A stretch of DNA of 64,000 nt, taken from the NCBI GenBank assembly GCA_028287285.1, contig JAQBPY010000254.1, forward strand, positions 1,507 to 65,506, in the 5' to 3' direction. The stretch is from Gemmatimonadota bacterium (GTDB lineage: Bacteria > Gemmatimonadota > Gemmatimonadetes > Gemmatimonadales > Gemmatimonadaceae). A program made the translations under genes and the position numbers. The notes beneath the pieces were generated by a model. The model was not told where the DNA came from, ran no database searches, and saw only the letters and a program-made list of their open reading frames with translations. This document shows, in pieces, positions 9,964 to 17,863 of this stretch; the stretch's first letter is position 1, and each line of letters opens with the position of its first letter.

Positions 9964-11078
9964 GGGCGCGCGGCCGTCAACAGCAACGCCTCGAACGCAT
10001 CGGCGGCGCGCGCCCAGGTAAAAGTCTGCGCGTACGCGCGCGCCCGCGCGCCTAGCACACGCGCCAGCTCCGCATCGAGCGCGATGCGCCGCATGGCCCC
10101 CGCGAGCTCGGTGACGTTTCCATGCGGCACCAGGATACCCGTCTGTCCATCACGAACAGCGTCGCGCAGGCCCGGCGAATCACTCGCAATGGACGGTGTG
10201 CCGTATGTTGCGGCATCGAGAATGCTCATGCCCCAACCCTCCTTGGCGGACGTGATGACGTTGGCCCATGCGCGCGACATGAGTGCGAATTTTTCCTCCT
10301 CCGGGACGAAGCCGCGAAACTCTACCCGGTGCGCGATACCGAGACGCTCTGCGTGCCGCCGCAGCGCGCGCTCCTCCGAGCCGCGCCCCGCGACGATCAA
10401 CCGCGCCTCGACGTGCTCCTGCGTCAGCCGCGCCATGGCCTGGAGGAGCAGGTCGACGCGCTTGTACGGCTGCAAGCGTCCAATATAGAGAAACTCCGGA
10501 GTGTCGGCGCGCGCCACGTCATCGTGCTGCGGCGGCGCTGACTCGGGAATGCCGTTGTGGATTACCCGCACGGCGTCGCGATGCCGCGTGCGGCGGCGGG
10601 CTTCGACGGCCGAGCTGTCCGAGACGGCGACGACCGGAACCGACGCATACAGCGGCAGCAGCGCGTGCTCCAGCAACACCGTCGCCGTCGCCACCAATGG
10701 ATTGGCGGCGGCGAACGCGGAGGCACCGAATAGATGGTGCACCATCAACACCACCGGCCCGCGCACCCACACCGGCGTCGCCATCGGAATCTTGTTGAGG
10801 TCCTCGACGACTACGTCGAAGTGCCGGTCATGCCGCTCCCGATACCATGCCCGTGCGGCGACCGGGTACGTCCACCGGTTCCCACGGCGATGGACGGCAA
10901 TGCCATCGAGCTCCTGGTCGGGCGCCGCGCCGGCCCACGAGGATGACACGAGCGTCACGCGGTGGCCCCGCCGCGCGAGACGGCCAAAGATCTCGTGGAG
11001 GTTCGTTTCCGCGCCTCCGGCCTCAGGATGCTCACGATCCAGCCAGTTGAAAACGAGCAGATCAAGACAGGGTGGCAC
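9960..11078 (-). CDS. Glycosyltransferase family 4
   Basis: LLVFNWLDREHPEAGGAE N-terminus and KEGWGMSILDAATYGTPSIASDSPGLRDAVRDGQTGILVP motif. Start placed at in-frame GTG 11078. The 590-aa track ORF (to 11732) would run antisense through the GT2 gene. Confidence 0.7.
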   Translation of the reverse strand: MPPCLDLLVFNWLDREHPEAGGAETNLHEIFGRLARRGHRVTLVSSSWAGAAPDQELDGIAVHRRGNRWTYPVAARAWYRERHDRHFDVVVEDLNKIPMATPVWVRGPVVLMVHHLFGASAFAAANPLVATATVLLEHALLPLYASVPVVAVSDSSAVEARRRTRHRDAVRVIHNGIPESAPPQHDDVARADTPEFLYIGRLQPYKRVDLLLQAMARLTQEHVEARLIVAGRGSEERALRRHAERLGIAHRVEFRGFVPEEEKFALMSRAWANVITSAKEGWGMSILDAATYGTPSIASDSPGLRDAVRDGQTGILVPHGNVTELAGAMRRIALDAELARVLGARARAYAQTFTWARAADAFEALLLTAARP

Positions 11079-11114
11079 TGGCGGGACTGTCGGACGCGAC
11101 GATACTGTGCGGGG

Positions 11115-12101
11115 GTGGCAGACTACGAAGGCGCGCCCGCGGAGGCAAGCGCACGACGAAATTTCGCCGTGATCATTCCGGCGTTCAATGAACGCGAGAA
11201 TGTCGCGCCGCTCTTCCGTGCGCTCGCGCTCGCTTTCGAGACTCACGACCTTGCTGGCGAGCTCGTGTTCGTGGACGATGGATCCACCGACGGTACGTTC
11301 GAGGCAGCGGAAGCCGAGGCGCGGCAATTTGCCGGGCCGGCCACCGTGGTTCGGCATGGGCGCAATCTTGGCAAGACCGAAGCGATCCTGCGTGGCGTGC
11401 AGGCCACCACGCGGCGCTTCGTGGTACTGCTCGACGCCGATCTGCAGTATGCACCGGATGACATTCCTCGATTCCTCGACCTGCTTGATCAGGGATGGGA
11501 TGTCGTGGCCGGCCGGAAGGTGGGCGCATATGCCAAGCAGGCGGTGAGCGGCATCTACAACTGGCTTGCGATTCGGTTGTTCGGCGTCACGGTGCGTGAT
11601 GGAAATTCCATGAAGGCGTGCCGGCGGGCGCTGCTCCTGGAAATTCCACTCCGGCACAACTGGCACCGGTTCTTCGTGGTGCTGGCGCACATGCGCGGGT
11701 ACCGTCTTGCGGAGATCGACGTCGCACTCCATCCGCGTGTGGCCGGCGTGGCCAAGTTCGATTCACGCGGCCGCATCCTGGGGGGAGTCGGCGACCTGAT
11801 CGTGGTGTGGCTGGCGCTACGAGTCAGTACGAAGCCGATGCACGTGTTCGGAGGCATCGGGCTGGTGACATTCGGCGTGGGGGCGGTGGTCGGGTTGATC
11901 ACGCTGGCGCTGCGCGCAGCCAACGTTTTGCCGCCGCCCATTGGCTACCGGCCCCTGGTAGGTCTCGCTGCGTTGCTGCTGCTGGTGGGAATCACGCTGT
12001 TCGCGATGGGGATCATCGCGGAACTGGTGGCCATTCTGCACGCGGAGATCGAGTCGCTGCGACGGGAGCTGCGGATACGGACCGGGGCGGGAGCCTCTTG
12101 A
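11115..12101 (+). CDS. GT2 polyprenyl-phosphate sugar synthase (GtrB/DPM1/ArnC-like) with C-terminal TM helices
   Basis: FAVIIPAFNERENV, VFVDDGSTDGT and LLDADLQYAPDD motifs. Two C-terminal hydrophobic helices (IGLVTFGVGAVVGLITL, AALLLLVGITLFAMGIIAELV). Start uncertain: GTG 11115 is preferred, ATG 11028 is possible. Confidence 0.7.
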   Translation: MADYEGAPAEASARRNFAVIIPAFNERENVAPLFRALALAFETHDLAGELVFVDDGSTDGTFEAAEAEARQFAGPATVVRHGRNLGKTEAILRGVQATTRRFVVLLDADLQYAPDDIPRFLDLLDQGWDVVAGRKVGAYAKQAVSGIYNWLAIRLFGVTVRDGNSMKACRRALLLEIPLRHNWHRFFVVLAHMRGYRLAEIDVALHPRVAGVAKFDSRGRILGGVGDLIVVWLALRVSTKPMHVFGGIGLVTFGVGAVVGLITLALRAANVLPPPIGYRPLVGLAALLLLVGITLFAMGIIAELVAILHAEIESLRRELRIRTGAGAS

Positions 12102-12213
12102 CTCGGCACTTCGGTTGTGCTCGCTAGCGACTCACCGTGGCGAATCCGTCAAGACAAAACGCTTACCAAGCACTTCTATTATTCCCCACGGGCGGTGACT
12201 AGATTGGGCCCTA

Positions 12214-12235
12214 TGCGTCTCTGACAAGAGACGCA
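12214..12235. other. Perfect 9-bp stem / 4-nt loop hairpin in the GT2-peptidase 2 intergenic region
   Basis: tgcgtctct-gaca-agagacgca. No U-tract follows. Function unknown. Confidence 0.3.
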
Positions 12236-12356
12236 CGGAGACAACGCCGGATGTGATGCGGTGCAGCGCGCATCGGCTTGAGCTGTTGAAGCCGCCAATG
12301 ATGCCGATGCTTCGCCGGCAGACGTGTTGATCTCCTTTCCGAGTAGAACTCCAAGA

Positions 12357-14960
12357 ATGCCACCAAGCAAGTTCGCGACCATTGCTGCCAGTGTTGTTCT
12401 TCTGTCCTGCGGAGATCGCCAGATTTCCGCTCCAGGAAGCAACGCCGCCGTACCGTCTGCGCCTGTGCCAGGTGCGTCCAATGCGGTCACGCTGCAGCGA
12501 CTTGCCTGTTCGGCACGCGTCGACACGAAGTCCGTGCGCTGTGCCCTTGCGCCCACCGGCGTGAGCCCTGACCTGATCGTTGGTGGCCAGGGTACGTATG
12601 TGACGCTCGCATCGTCGAACGTGACCTATGACGCCGGTACGCATGTCCTCAGCTCTGACGTGTCGGTTACGAACCTCATTCCGCAGGCCCTCGGCACCAA
12701 CGACGGCGTGACCGGCGATGGTACGGGCTTGCGGATCTTCTTTGATCAGGTGCCCACGACGACGAGCGGTACGGGTGTCGTCACGGTGTCGAACGCCACG
12801 GGAACAGGCACGTTCACCGCGTCGAACCAGCCGTATTTCCTGTATCCGGGCACGGCGCTTGGCGGCGACGACATTCTGTCCACGAATGAGACGTCCGCAA
12901 CGGTGCAGTGGCAGTTCACGCTGGACCCCACCGTCACCACATTCGAGTTCTACGTGTACGTGAGTGCGAACGTGCACTATCCCAACGGCTATGTGGACGC
13001 GGTGCAGGCGGACACGATGCTGAATCAGGCCGCGACGTCGTCCATCACGGCAACGTCGCGCACGGCCGTGGGCAATGCGGTGACGGGCTCCACGCTCTCG
13101 TACGCGAGCACGGCGCCGGCCGTCGCGACGGTCAATACCTCGGGTGTCATCACGGCCGTTGCGCCTGGTTTCGCCACGATCAACATCACGAGCACCGAAT
13201 CGACGACGGGCTCGGTGACCATCCAGGTGTGTCCGAATCTCGCCGTGGGCGAGGTGTACAACACCAGTGGCGCGAGCGGCGAGAACATCTGCGTGGGCGG
13301 CGGTGCATCTGCGATGGAATACACCGTGATGCCGGTCAACAGCGGCGGTACGTCGCAGTCGCTCACCGTAACCGGCACTGGGATCCAGGCTGTGACGGGC
13401 CCTCCAACGCCGGATCGCATTCCCGTGAGCCGGCTGCTTCTGACCGCGAGCGCCGCCCCCACAGGCGGCATCCAGAAAGGCGCATTCGGCGGTGAATACT
13501 CGATGAACGCCGCGGCGGTCGACGGCGCCAGCCTGGTGCACCAGGTTGCCATGGCCGAGTCGCGTCACGGTCCGTCCGTCGAGCAGACTCCGGATGCCGC
13601 GGATGGAGTGACGGCCGCAGATGGCGGAAGCCAGCGGCTGATGTGGTACCCGCCCCGGTCGGACGAGGGGAACGACGACTCAGCCCACTCCCCCGGGCTG
13701 GCGCTCATGAAGGCAGCGATGCCTGTCAGGGACGATTTGACGCCCACTGTTGGCGCGCTGCTGGAGTACAATACGACCAACGCCTGCTCAGGCTCCCCCT
13801 CCCTGCGAACCGGCATGGTGAGAACGGTGTCGGCCCATGCGGTCGTCGTCGGCGATACGGCGAACCCGGCAGGTGGATTCACGACGGCACAATACGACTC
13901 CATCGCACTCGAATTCGATACGATTGCGTATCCCACGATCACAGGCAGCTTCGGCACGCCAAGGGATATGGACAGCAACGGTGGCCGCATTGTCCTGTTC
14001 TTTACGCGGGCCGTCAACGAGCTGTCGCCTCCCGCGTCGTCATCGGTAAACCTTGGGTTCTTTGCACGGAAGGATGTCTCCACCACGACCGAGTGCACCA
14101 ATAGCAACGCGGCGGAGATTCTCTACATGCTGGTGCCCGATCCAACGGGGACGGTAAACTCCAACGTGCGTACTGTTTCGTTCGTGCGAGGCAATACCAC
14201 GGGCACGACCGGGCATGAGCTCGTCCATATCATCAACACGGACTACCGGTATTCTCACGGCGCGCCGTATGAGGCGGGCTGGCTGGACGAGGCACTGGCG
14301 CACATCGGCGAGGAGCTGATGTTCTATCGCGCGTCCGTGGGCCTGTCTCCGCGGCAGAACATCCAGCTTTCGACGTTGACGACGGGTCCCAATGCGTCGA
14401 GACGGGTTGCGGCGTTCAACGCGTATGCGAATCAGAATTTTGGCAGGTTTCGCGCTTGGCTCCAGCGGCCGGACACGGCCGGTCTCGTGAACACGCAGGG
14501 TGCTTCCCTGGCGCGGCGCGGGTTCGGGTGGGCGTTTCTCCGCTACGCGGCAGACCGGATCAACGGCACGGATGCGACGTTTTTCAGGGCGCTGGTGTCA
14601 CAGGACACGGGGGTCGTGAACCTGCAGGCGGCGATCGGCGTCGGAGCGAACGTCCATGACTGGATCCGCGATTGTATCACCGGAATCTACGCGGACGACA
14701 ACGCGTTCACGGTGTCGAGCGACTACCAGCATCCATCATGGAACTACCGGTCCGTGTACGGGGGGCTGGGTGGCTTTCCGTTGCTGGCACGGCCACTGAC
14801 AAACAATGCTGGGCTTCCACTCAGTTACGGGGCAGGTGGTACCACGGCCTATACCCGGTTCGGTGTGGCTGCGGCAACGTATGCGAACATCAAGATCCAG
14901 GCTCCCGGCGCGACAACGCCCGCTGCGACGGTGAGAATGGCGTTGGTACGGACGAAATAG
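12357..14960 (+). CDS. HExxH zinc metallopeptidase lipoprotein with Big_2 domain, paralog 2
   Basis: Lipoprotein signal MPPSKFATIAASVVLLSCGD (lipobox LLSC). Big_2-like segment ends in GFATINITSTESTTGSVTIQV. HExxH site is TGHELVHIIN, with DEALAHIGEE downstream. Ends in RTK. The track start GTG 12324 adds 11 aa. Confidence 0.75.
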   Translation: MPPSKFATIAASVVLLSCGDRQISAPGSNAAVPSAPVPGASNAVTLQRLACSARVDTKSVRCALAPTGVSPDLIVGGQGTYVTLASSNVTYDAGTHVLSSDVSVTNLIPQALGTNDGVTGDGTGLRIFFDQVPTTTSGTGVVTVSNATGTGTFTASNQPYFLYPGTALGGDDILSTNETSATVQWQFTLDPTVTTFEFYVYVSANVHYPNGYVDAVQADTMLNQAATSSITATSRTAVGNAVTGSTLSYASTAPAVATVNTSGVITAVAPGFATINITSTESTTGSVTIQVCPNLAVGEVYNTSGASGENICVGGGASAMEYTVMPVNSGGTSQSLTVTGTGIQAVTGPPTPDRIPVSRLLLTASAAPTGGIQKGAFGGEYSMNAAAVDGASLVHQVAMAESRHGPSVEQTPDAADGVTAADGGSQRLMWYPPRSDEGNDDSAHSPGLALMKAAMPVRDDLTPTVGALLEYNTTNACSGSPSLRTGMVRTVSAHAVVVGDTANPAGGFTTAQYDSIALEFDTIAYPTITGSFGTPRDMDSNGGRIVLFFTRAVNELSPPASSSVNLGFFARKDVSTTTECTNSNAAEILYMLVPDPTGTVNSNVRTVSFVRGNTTGTTGHELVHIINTDYRYSHGAPYEAGWLDEALAHIGEELMFYRASVGLSPRQNIQLSTLTTGPNASRRVAAFNAYANQNFGRFRAWLQRPDTAGLVNTQGASLARRGFGWAFLRYAADRINGTDATFFRALVSQDTGVVNLQAAIGVGANVHDWIRDCITGIYADDNAFTVSSDYQHPSWNYRSVYGGLGGFPLLARPLTNNAGLPLSYGAGGTTAYTRFGVAAATYANIKIQAPGATTPAATVRMALVRTK

Positions 14961-15034
14961 ACCGCACGGTTCCAGAAGCAAGGGGCAAAGCAGCCCCCAC
15001 CGCAGCATTCGCCCTTTTCACGCAGGATGAACAG

Positions 15035-15214
15035 ATGTCAAAAGCGATACCACGCACCAACGAATTCTCAGGTACGAACCATTCGGAGAACCTGACTCGC
15101 TCTCCGTGGGAGATGCCGACGCTCACCAAGCTTCCGCCGTTGACCGAGTTGACCCTGGTCACCGGTGCTGGCATTCATGGTGGCGGAGGAAGCAGCGGCG
15201 GAAGCGTTTTCTAG
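15035..15214 (+). CDS. Candidate RiPP precursor peptide (59 aa, Cys-free, Gly-rich C-terminus)
   Basis: ATG 15035 is preceded by AGGA 7 nt upstream. Peptide: MSKAIPRTNEFSGTNHSENLTRSPWEMPTLTKLPPLTELTLVTGAGIHGGGGSSGGSVF. It lies in the 315-nt gap between the peptidase and the PqqD-like gene. ELTLVTGA fits E(-8)L(-7)xxV(-4)xG(-2)A(-1) of double-glycine leaders. By hand count about two thirds of codons end in G/C; I judge this below neighbouring genes but did not count them, so coding status is uncertain. Confidence 0.45.
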   Translation: MSKAIPRTNEFSGTNHSENLTRSPWEMPTLTKLPPLTELTLVTGAGIHGGGGSSGGSVF

Positions 15215-15275
15215 TAGACTGTTGCTGAACCACGAATAACGCGCAGCACGCCGGATGGATCAGCGGCCTGGCAAG

Positions 15276-15551
15276 TCAGGTCGCCTGACGAATCAGGGTC
15301 TGTTCGCTGAGGTCGCGGAGCAGTGCATTCACGGCATCGGTTGCCACATTCGAGGAAACATCGAAGGTGGCGACCAGTTGCGCCGTGATGCTATCCGTAT
15401 CAAGGCCGCTCTCCAGCAACTTCCATACGTGCGCACCCACGCGATTGAGCCGGAAGTAGTGTTTGCTGCCCATGTGGAGCAGGATCGCCTCGCCGTCCAG
15501 GTGTGACACGAGGACATCGGGTGAGGGCACGTAGCGCAGCGCGGTGCTCAT
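15276..15551 (-). CDS. PqqD-family protein (stand-alone RiPP recognition element candidate)
   Basis: 91 aa. VLVSHLDGEAILLHMGSKHYFRLNRVGAHVWKLLESGLDTDSI matches the PqqD pattern (dge.vll...yy.LN..ga.iW.ll). Its start codon abuts the stop of the upstream propeller gene. Confidence 0.75.
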   Translation of the reverse strand: MSTALRYVPSPDVLVSHLDGEAILLHMGSKHYFRLNRVGAHVWKLLESGLDTDSITAQLVATFDVSSNVATDAVNALLRDLSEQTLIRQAT

Positions 15552-16709
15552 CTATCTGATTGCCGCCGAATGTTCGGTGGAGAGCGCGGCCACGGGAATG
15601 GCGTGGAGCTCAAATGGAATGGCAGGATCCACCCAGCGCAGCGACGACTCGTTCCCGCTGAAGGTGGTGAACACGATGCGTCCATCGGAAAGCCATGCAG
15701 GCTGGCCGCTCGACGCCGTGTTCCGCGTGATTTGAGCGGTCGCATTGGTCCGCAGATCGCGCACGAAGATTTCCGTCGCTCCGCCAATGACCGCGGCATA
15801 CGCGAGACGGAAGCCATCGGGACTCCATGCCGGCTCCACTTCCACGCCCTGCGTTCCCGAGCCCGTCACCAGCACCGGCGTGGCACCCGCTGTGGCCGCA
15901 CTCGTGAACAGGCCCGAGGACCCCGTATTCGTCGAGGCAGACACGAACGCGATCTTGTCCGAGGCAGGCGCCCATGTGGGAGAGGATTCAGGCGCCGACG
16001 GGCTGCCGAAGGTCGCAACGGCAAGACGCGCCGCGCCCGACACGGGAGTCGTGGCCGCCGCCAGGTTGAGCGACGCGATCCATATCTTGCTCACGCCGCT
16101 CGCGTTGGTGGTGTACAGGACGTGCTTCGCATCCGGAGCAATGGACGGCTGCGTCTCACTCTCGTCCGACGTGGTCAGGCGCCGCTCCACGCCCGTGGCC
16201 AGCGACAACGAATACAGCTCCGCATTCCCGTCGCGAAAGCTGGAGTAGAGCACGACGTCGCCCGCGACGGTGGGCCTGGCATCGTCGCCCGCGTTGGTGG
16301 TGAGGCGCGTGAGTGACGTGCCGTCGAGCGCAACGCGATAGATGTCGCGATTCCCGGCGGCGCGTCCGTCGAACACGATGAGCGGAGGGGTGGCTACGGT
16401 GACGGACAGCGAGAGGCTGGTACCGTCGGGGGCGGTGGCGGTGAACACCACCACGCCGGCCTTGGTGAACTGCACGTCGCCGCTGGCCGCGATGGTCACC
16501 GCATCGGCGGGGCTGGCGGCAAGCGCTGACACGGCGGCGACGGAAGAGCCGTCGCCCGTGCTGCTCCGCGCACCCACGTGTGCCGTGAGGCCGCGCTCGG
16601 TGCGGCCGGCGACGGCCAGCGAATACGGCGACGAAGGTGCCACGCCCTTGTCGCCGCCGCAGGCGACGGCGGCGAGGAGAATCACAACGGCTCCGCGGAC
16701 TATACGCAT
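15552..16709 (-). CDS. TolB-like (PD40) beta-propeller lipoprotein
   Basis: Signal MRIVRGAVVILLAAVACGGD (lipobox). Repeated PD40-like units (RLTTNAGDDARPTVAGDVVLYSS, RLTTSDESETQPSIAPDAKHVLYTT, EVEPAWSPDGFRLAY, SSGQPAWLSDGRIVF). Start chosen at ATG 16709, a 10-nt overlap with the rSAM stop. The track ORF to 17120 overlaps the rSAM gene. Confidence 0.7.
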   Translation of the reverse strand: MRIVRGAVVILLAAVACGGDKGVAPSSPYSLAVAGRTERGLTAHVGARSSTGDGSSVAAVSALAASPADAVTIAASGDVQFTKAGVVVFTATAPDGTSLSLSVTVATPPLIVFDGRAAGNRDIYRVALDGTSLTRLTTNAGDDARPTVAGDVVLYSSFRDGNAELYSLSLATGVERRLTTSDESETQPSIAPDAKHVLYTTNASGVSKIWIASLNLAAATTPVSGAARLAVATFGSPSAPESSPTWAPASDKIAFVSASTNTGSSGLFTSAATAGATPVLVTGSGTQGVEVEPAWSPDGFRLAYAAVIGGATEIFVRDLRTNATAQITRNTASSGQPAWLSDGRIVFTTFSGNESSLRWVDPAIPFELHAIPVAALSTEHSAAIR

Positions 16710-17692
16710 GCGGCGACTCCCTGCCATGCACTTGCCTCGCCCTCGGCGAGCCACTTGAGCTTTCCGAGCGCGTGCGCGCAACGGAGACACGGGAGCGTGG
16801 CGAGCGCGCCCGAAAAATTGGATGGTGCCGCCTTGGCGCGAAGGGACGCCATTGACTCGAGATAGATGTTCCATGCATCGCGGAACGACATGTCGTGCAG
16901 GTCTGCCACGACGTCGCTCTCGGTGAATCCATATTCGGACATCTGGCAGCAGAGGGACACGCGTCCGTTGGCGTCCACGTACACGCGATTGAGCGCCATC
17001 GTATCGCAGACAGTCTCCGTCTTTCCGTCGAGCGGCGGCGCGCCGTAGTCGAGCTGAATGACGGTGCGCCGGTGCGGCTCGGCGGCGATGGCGTCGATCT
17101 CCCTCTGAACGGCGGGCCATTCATGCGGTGCGAGATCGCTGTCGCGTACAACGCTGCCGGGCACCGGCTGCGGCAGGATATAGTGCAGGCGGAGGCAGCC
17201 GAGGCTCTCGGCGAGATCCGCGACCGTGCGCACTTCGTGCCGGTCCCTCCGATCGATGACGATGGAGAGCGCGTTGGGAATCTGACGGCTGGTGAGCAGC
17301 GCAATGGCCATGAGCACGCGGCGAAAGCTGTCACGCCCGCGATCTGCATCGTGTGTCTCTTCCGAGCCGCCGGACAGGCTCACCCGCACGTATGACGGTG
17401 GCCAGCGGTCGAACGAGGGCATCATGCGGCGCATGTGCCACCCATTGGTGACCAGGCGGTATGCGATGCCTCGTGCCGCCAGCGCGGAGACGATCTCGTC
17501 CCAGCCCTTGTGCAGCGTGGGCTCTCCGCCGGTAAAGCTGGCCGTGACGCTTCCGAAGAGCTCCAGGGCCTCGTCGCACGTGCGTATGACGAGCTCGGGC
17601 TCCAGCGAGCGTACCTTCAGCACGTCATCGCGAATGCAGTGCGGACAGCGAAGGTTGCAATGTGTCGTAAGCGCAAAACCCAGCAGCATCAA
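16700..17692 (-). CDS. Radical SAM enzyme with partial SPASM/twitch-like C-terminal domain
   Basis: N-terminal LTTHCNLRCPHCIRDD is CxxxCxxC. C-terminal C-x13-G-x4-CC (CDTMALNRVYVDANGRVSLCC) matches the first half of the SPASM motif. A later CLRC is present, but the full CX2CX5CX3C is absent. Confidence 0.8.
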   Translation of the reverse strand: MMLLGFALTTHCNLRCPHCIRDDVLKVRSLEPELVIRTCDEALELFGSVTASFTGGEPTLHKGWDEIVSALAARGIAYRLVTNGWHMRRMMPSFDRWPPSYVRVSLSGGSEETHDADRGRDSFRRVLMAIALLTSRQIPNALSIVIDRRDRHEVRTVADLAESLGCLRLHYILPQPVPGSVVRDSDLAPHEWPAVQREIDAIAAEPHRRTVIQLDYGAPPLDGKTETVCDTMALNRVYVDANGRVSLCCQMSEYGFTESDVVADLHDMSFRDAWNIYLESMASLRAKAAPSNFSGALATLPCLRCAHALGKLKWLAEGEASAWQGVAACV

Positions 17693-17863
17693 ATTCTCGC
17701 TGTGTACCCGCTACCGTGGTCATGCATGGGACGCACCCGTGGCGTCCGGCAGCTAATAAATACCCAATGAACAATCTACACAGGTCGACCCGGAAAGTCC
17801 CCCTCAACAACAAGCTCGTGCATAGAGCTACCGGTGCCAGGCCAATGAGCGTACTATCGAGCC

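Noticed and set aside
12214-12235. Shared TCTCTGACAAG(A/G)GACG string here and at 26771..26786 as a common regulatory motif
   Set aside because: A single 11-mer (15 of 16 positions) recurrence in 64 kb on two strands is within chance expectation, and the second site lacks the hairpin partner.
12132-13568. 478-aa minus-strand ORF antisense to peptidase 2
   Set aside because: Shadow ORF of a high-GC gene. The plus frame has a lipobox, a Big_2 domain and HExxH.
14985-15000. Weak stem-loop ggggc-aaagca-gcccc after peptidase 2 as a terminator separating it from the candidate precursor
   Set aside because: The stem is only 5 bp with no U-tract, so it cannot decide whether peptidase and precursor are co-transcribed.
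15552-17120. Long N-terminal extensions offered by the ORF track (15552..17120, 9960..11732, 33386..34981, 6581..7693, 55379..56692, 56482..58014)
   Set aside because: The extensions overlap neighbouring well-supported genes and are Arg-rich. Internal starts give signal peptides, ATGA couplings or family-typical N-termini.
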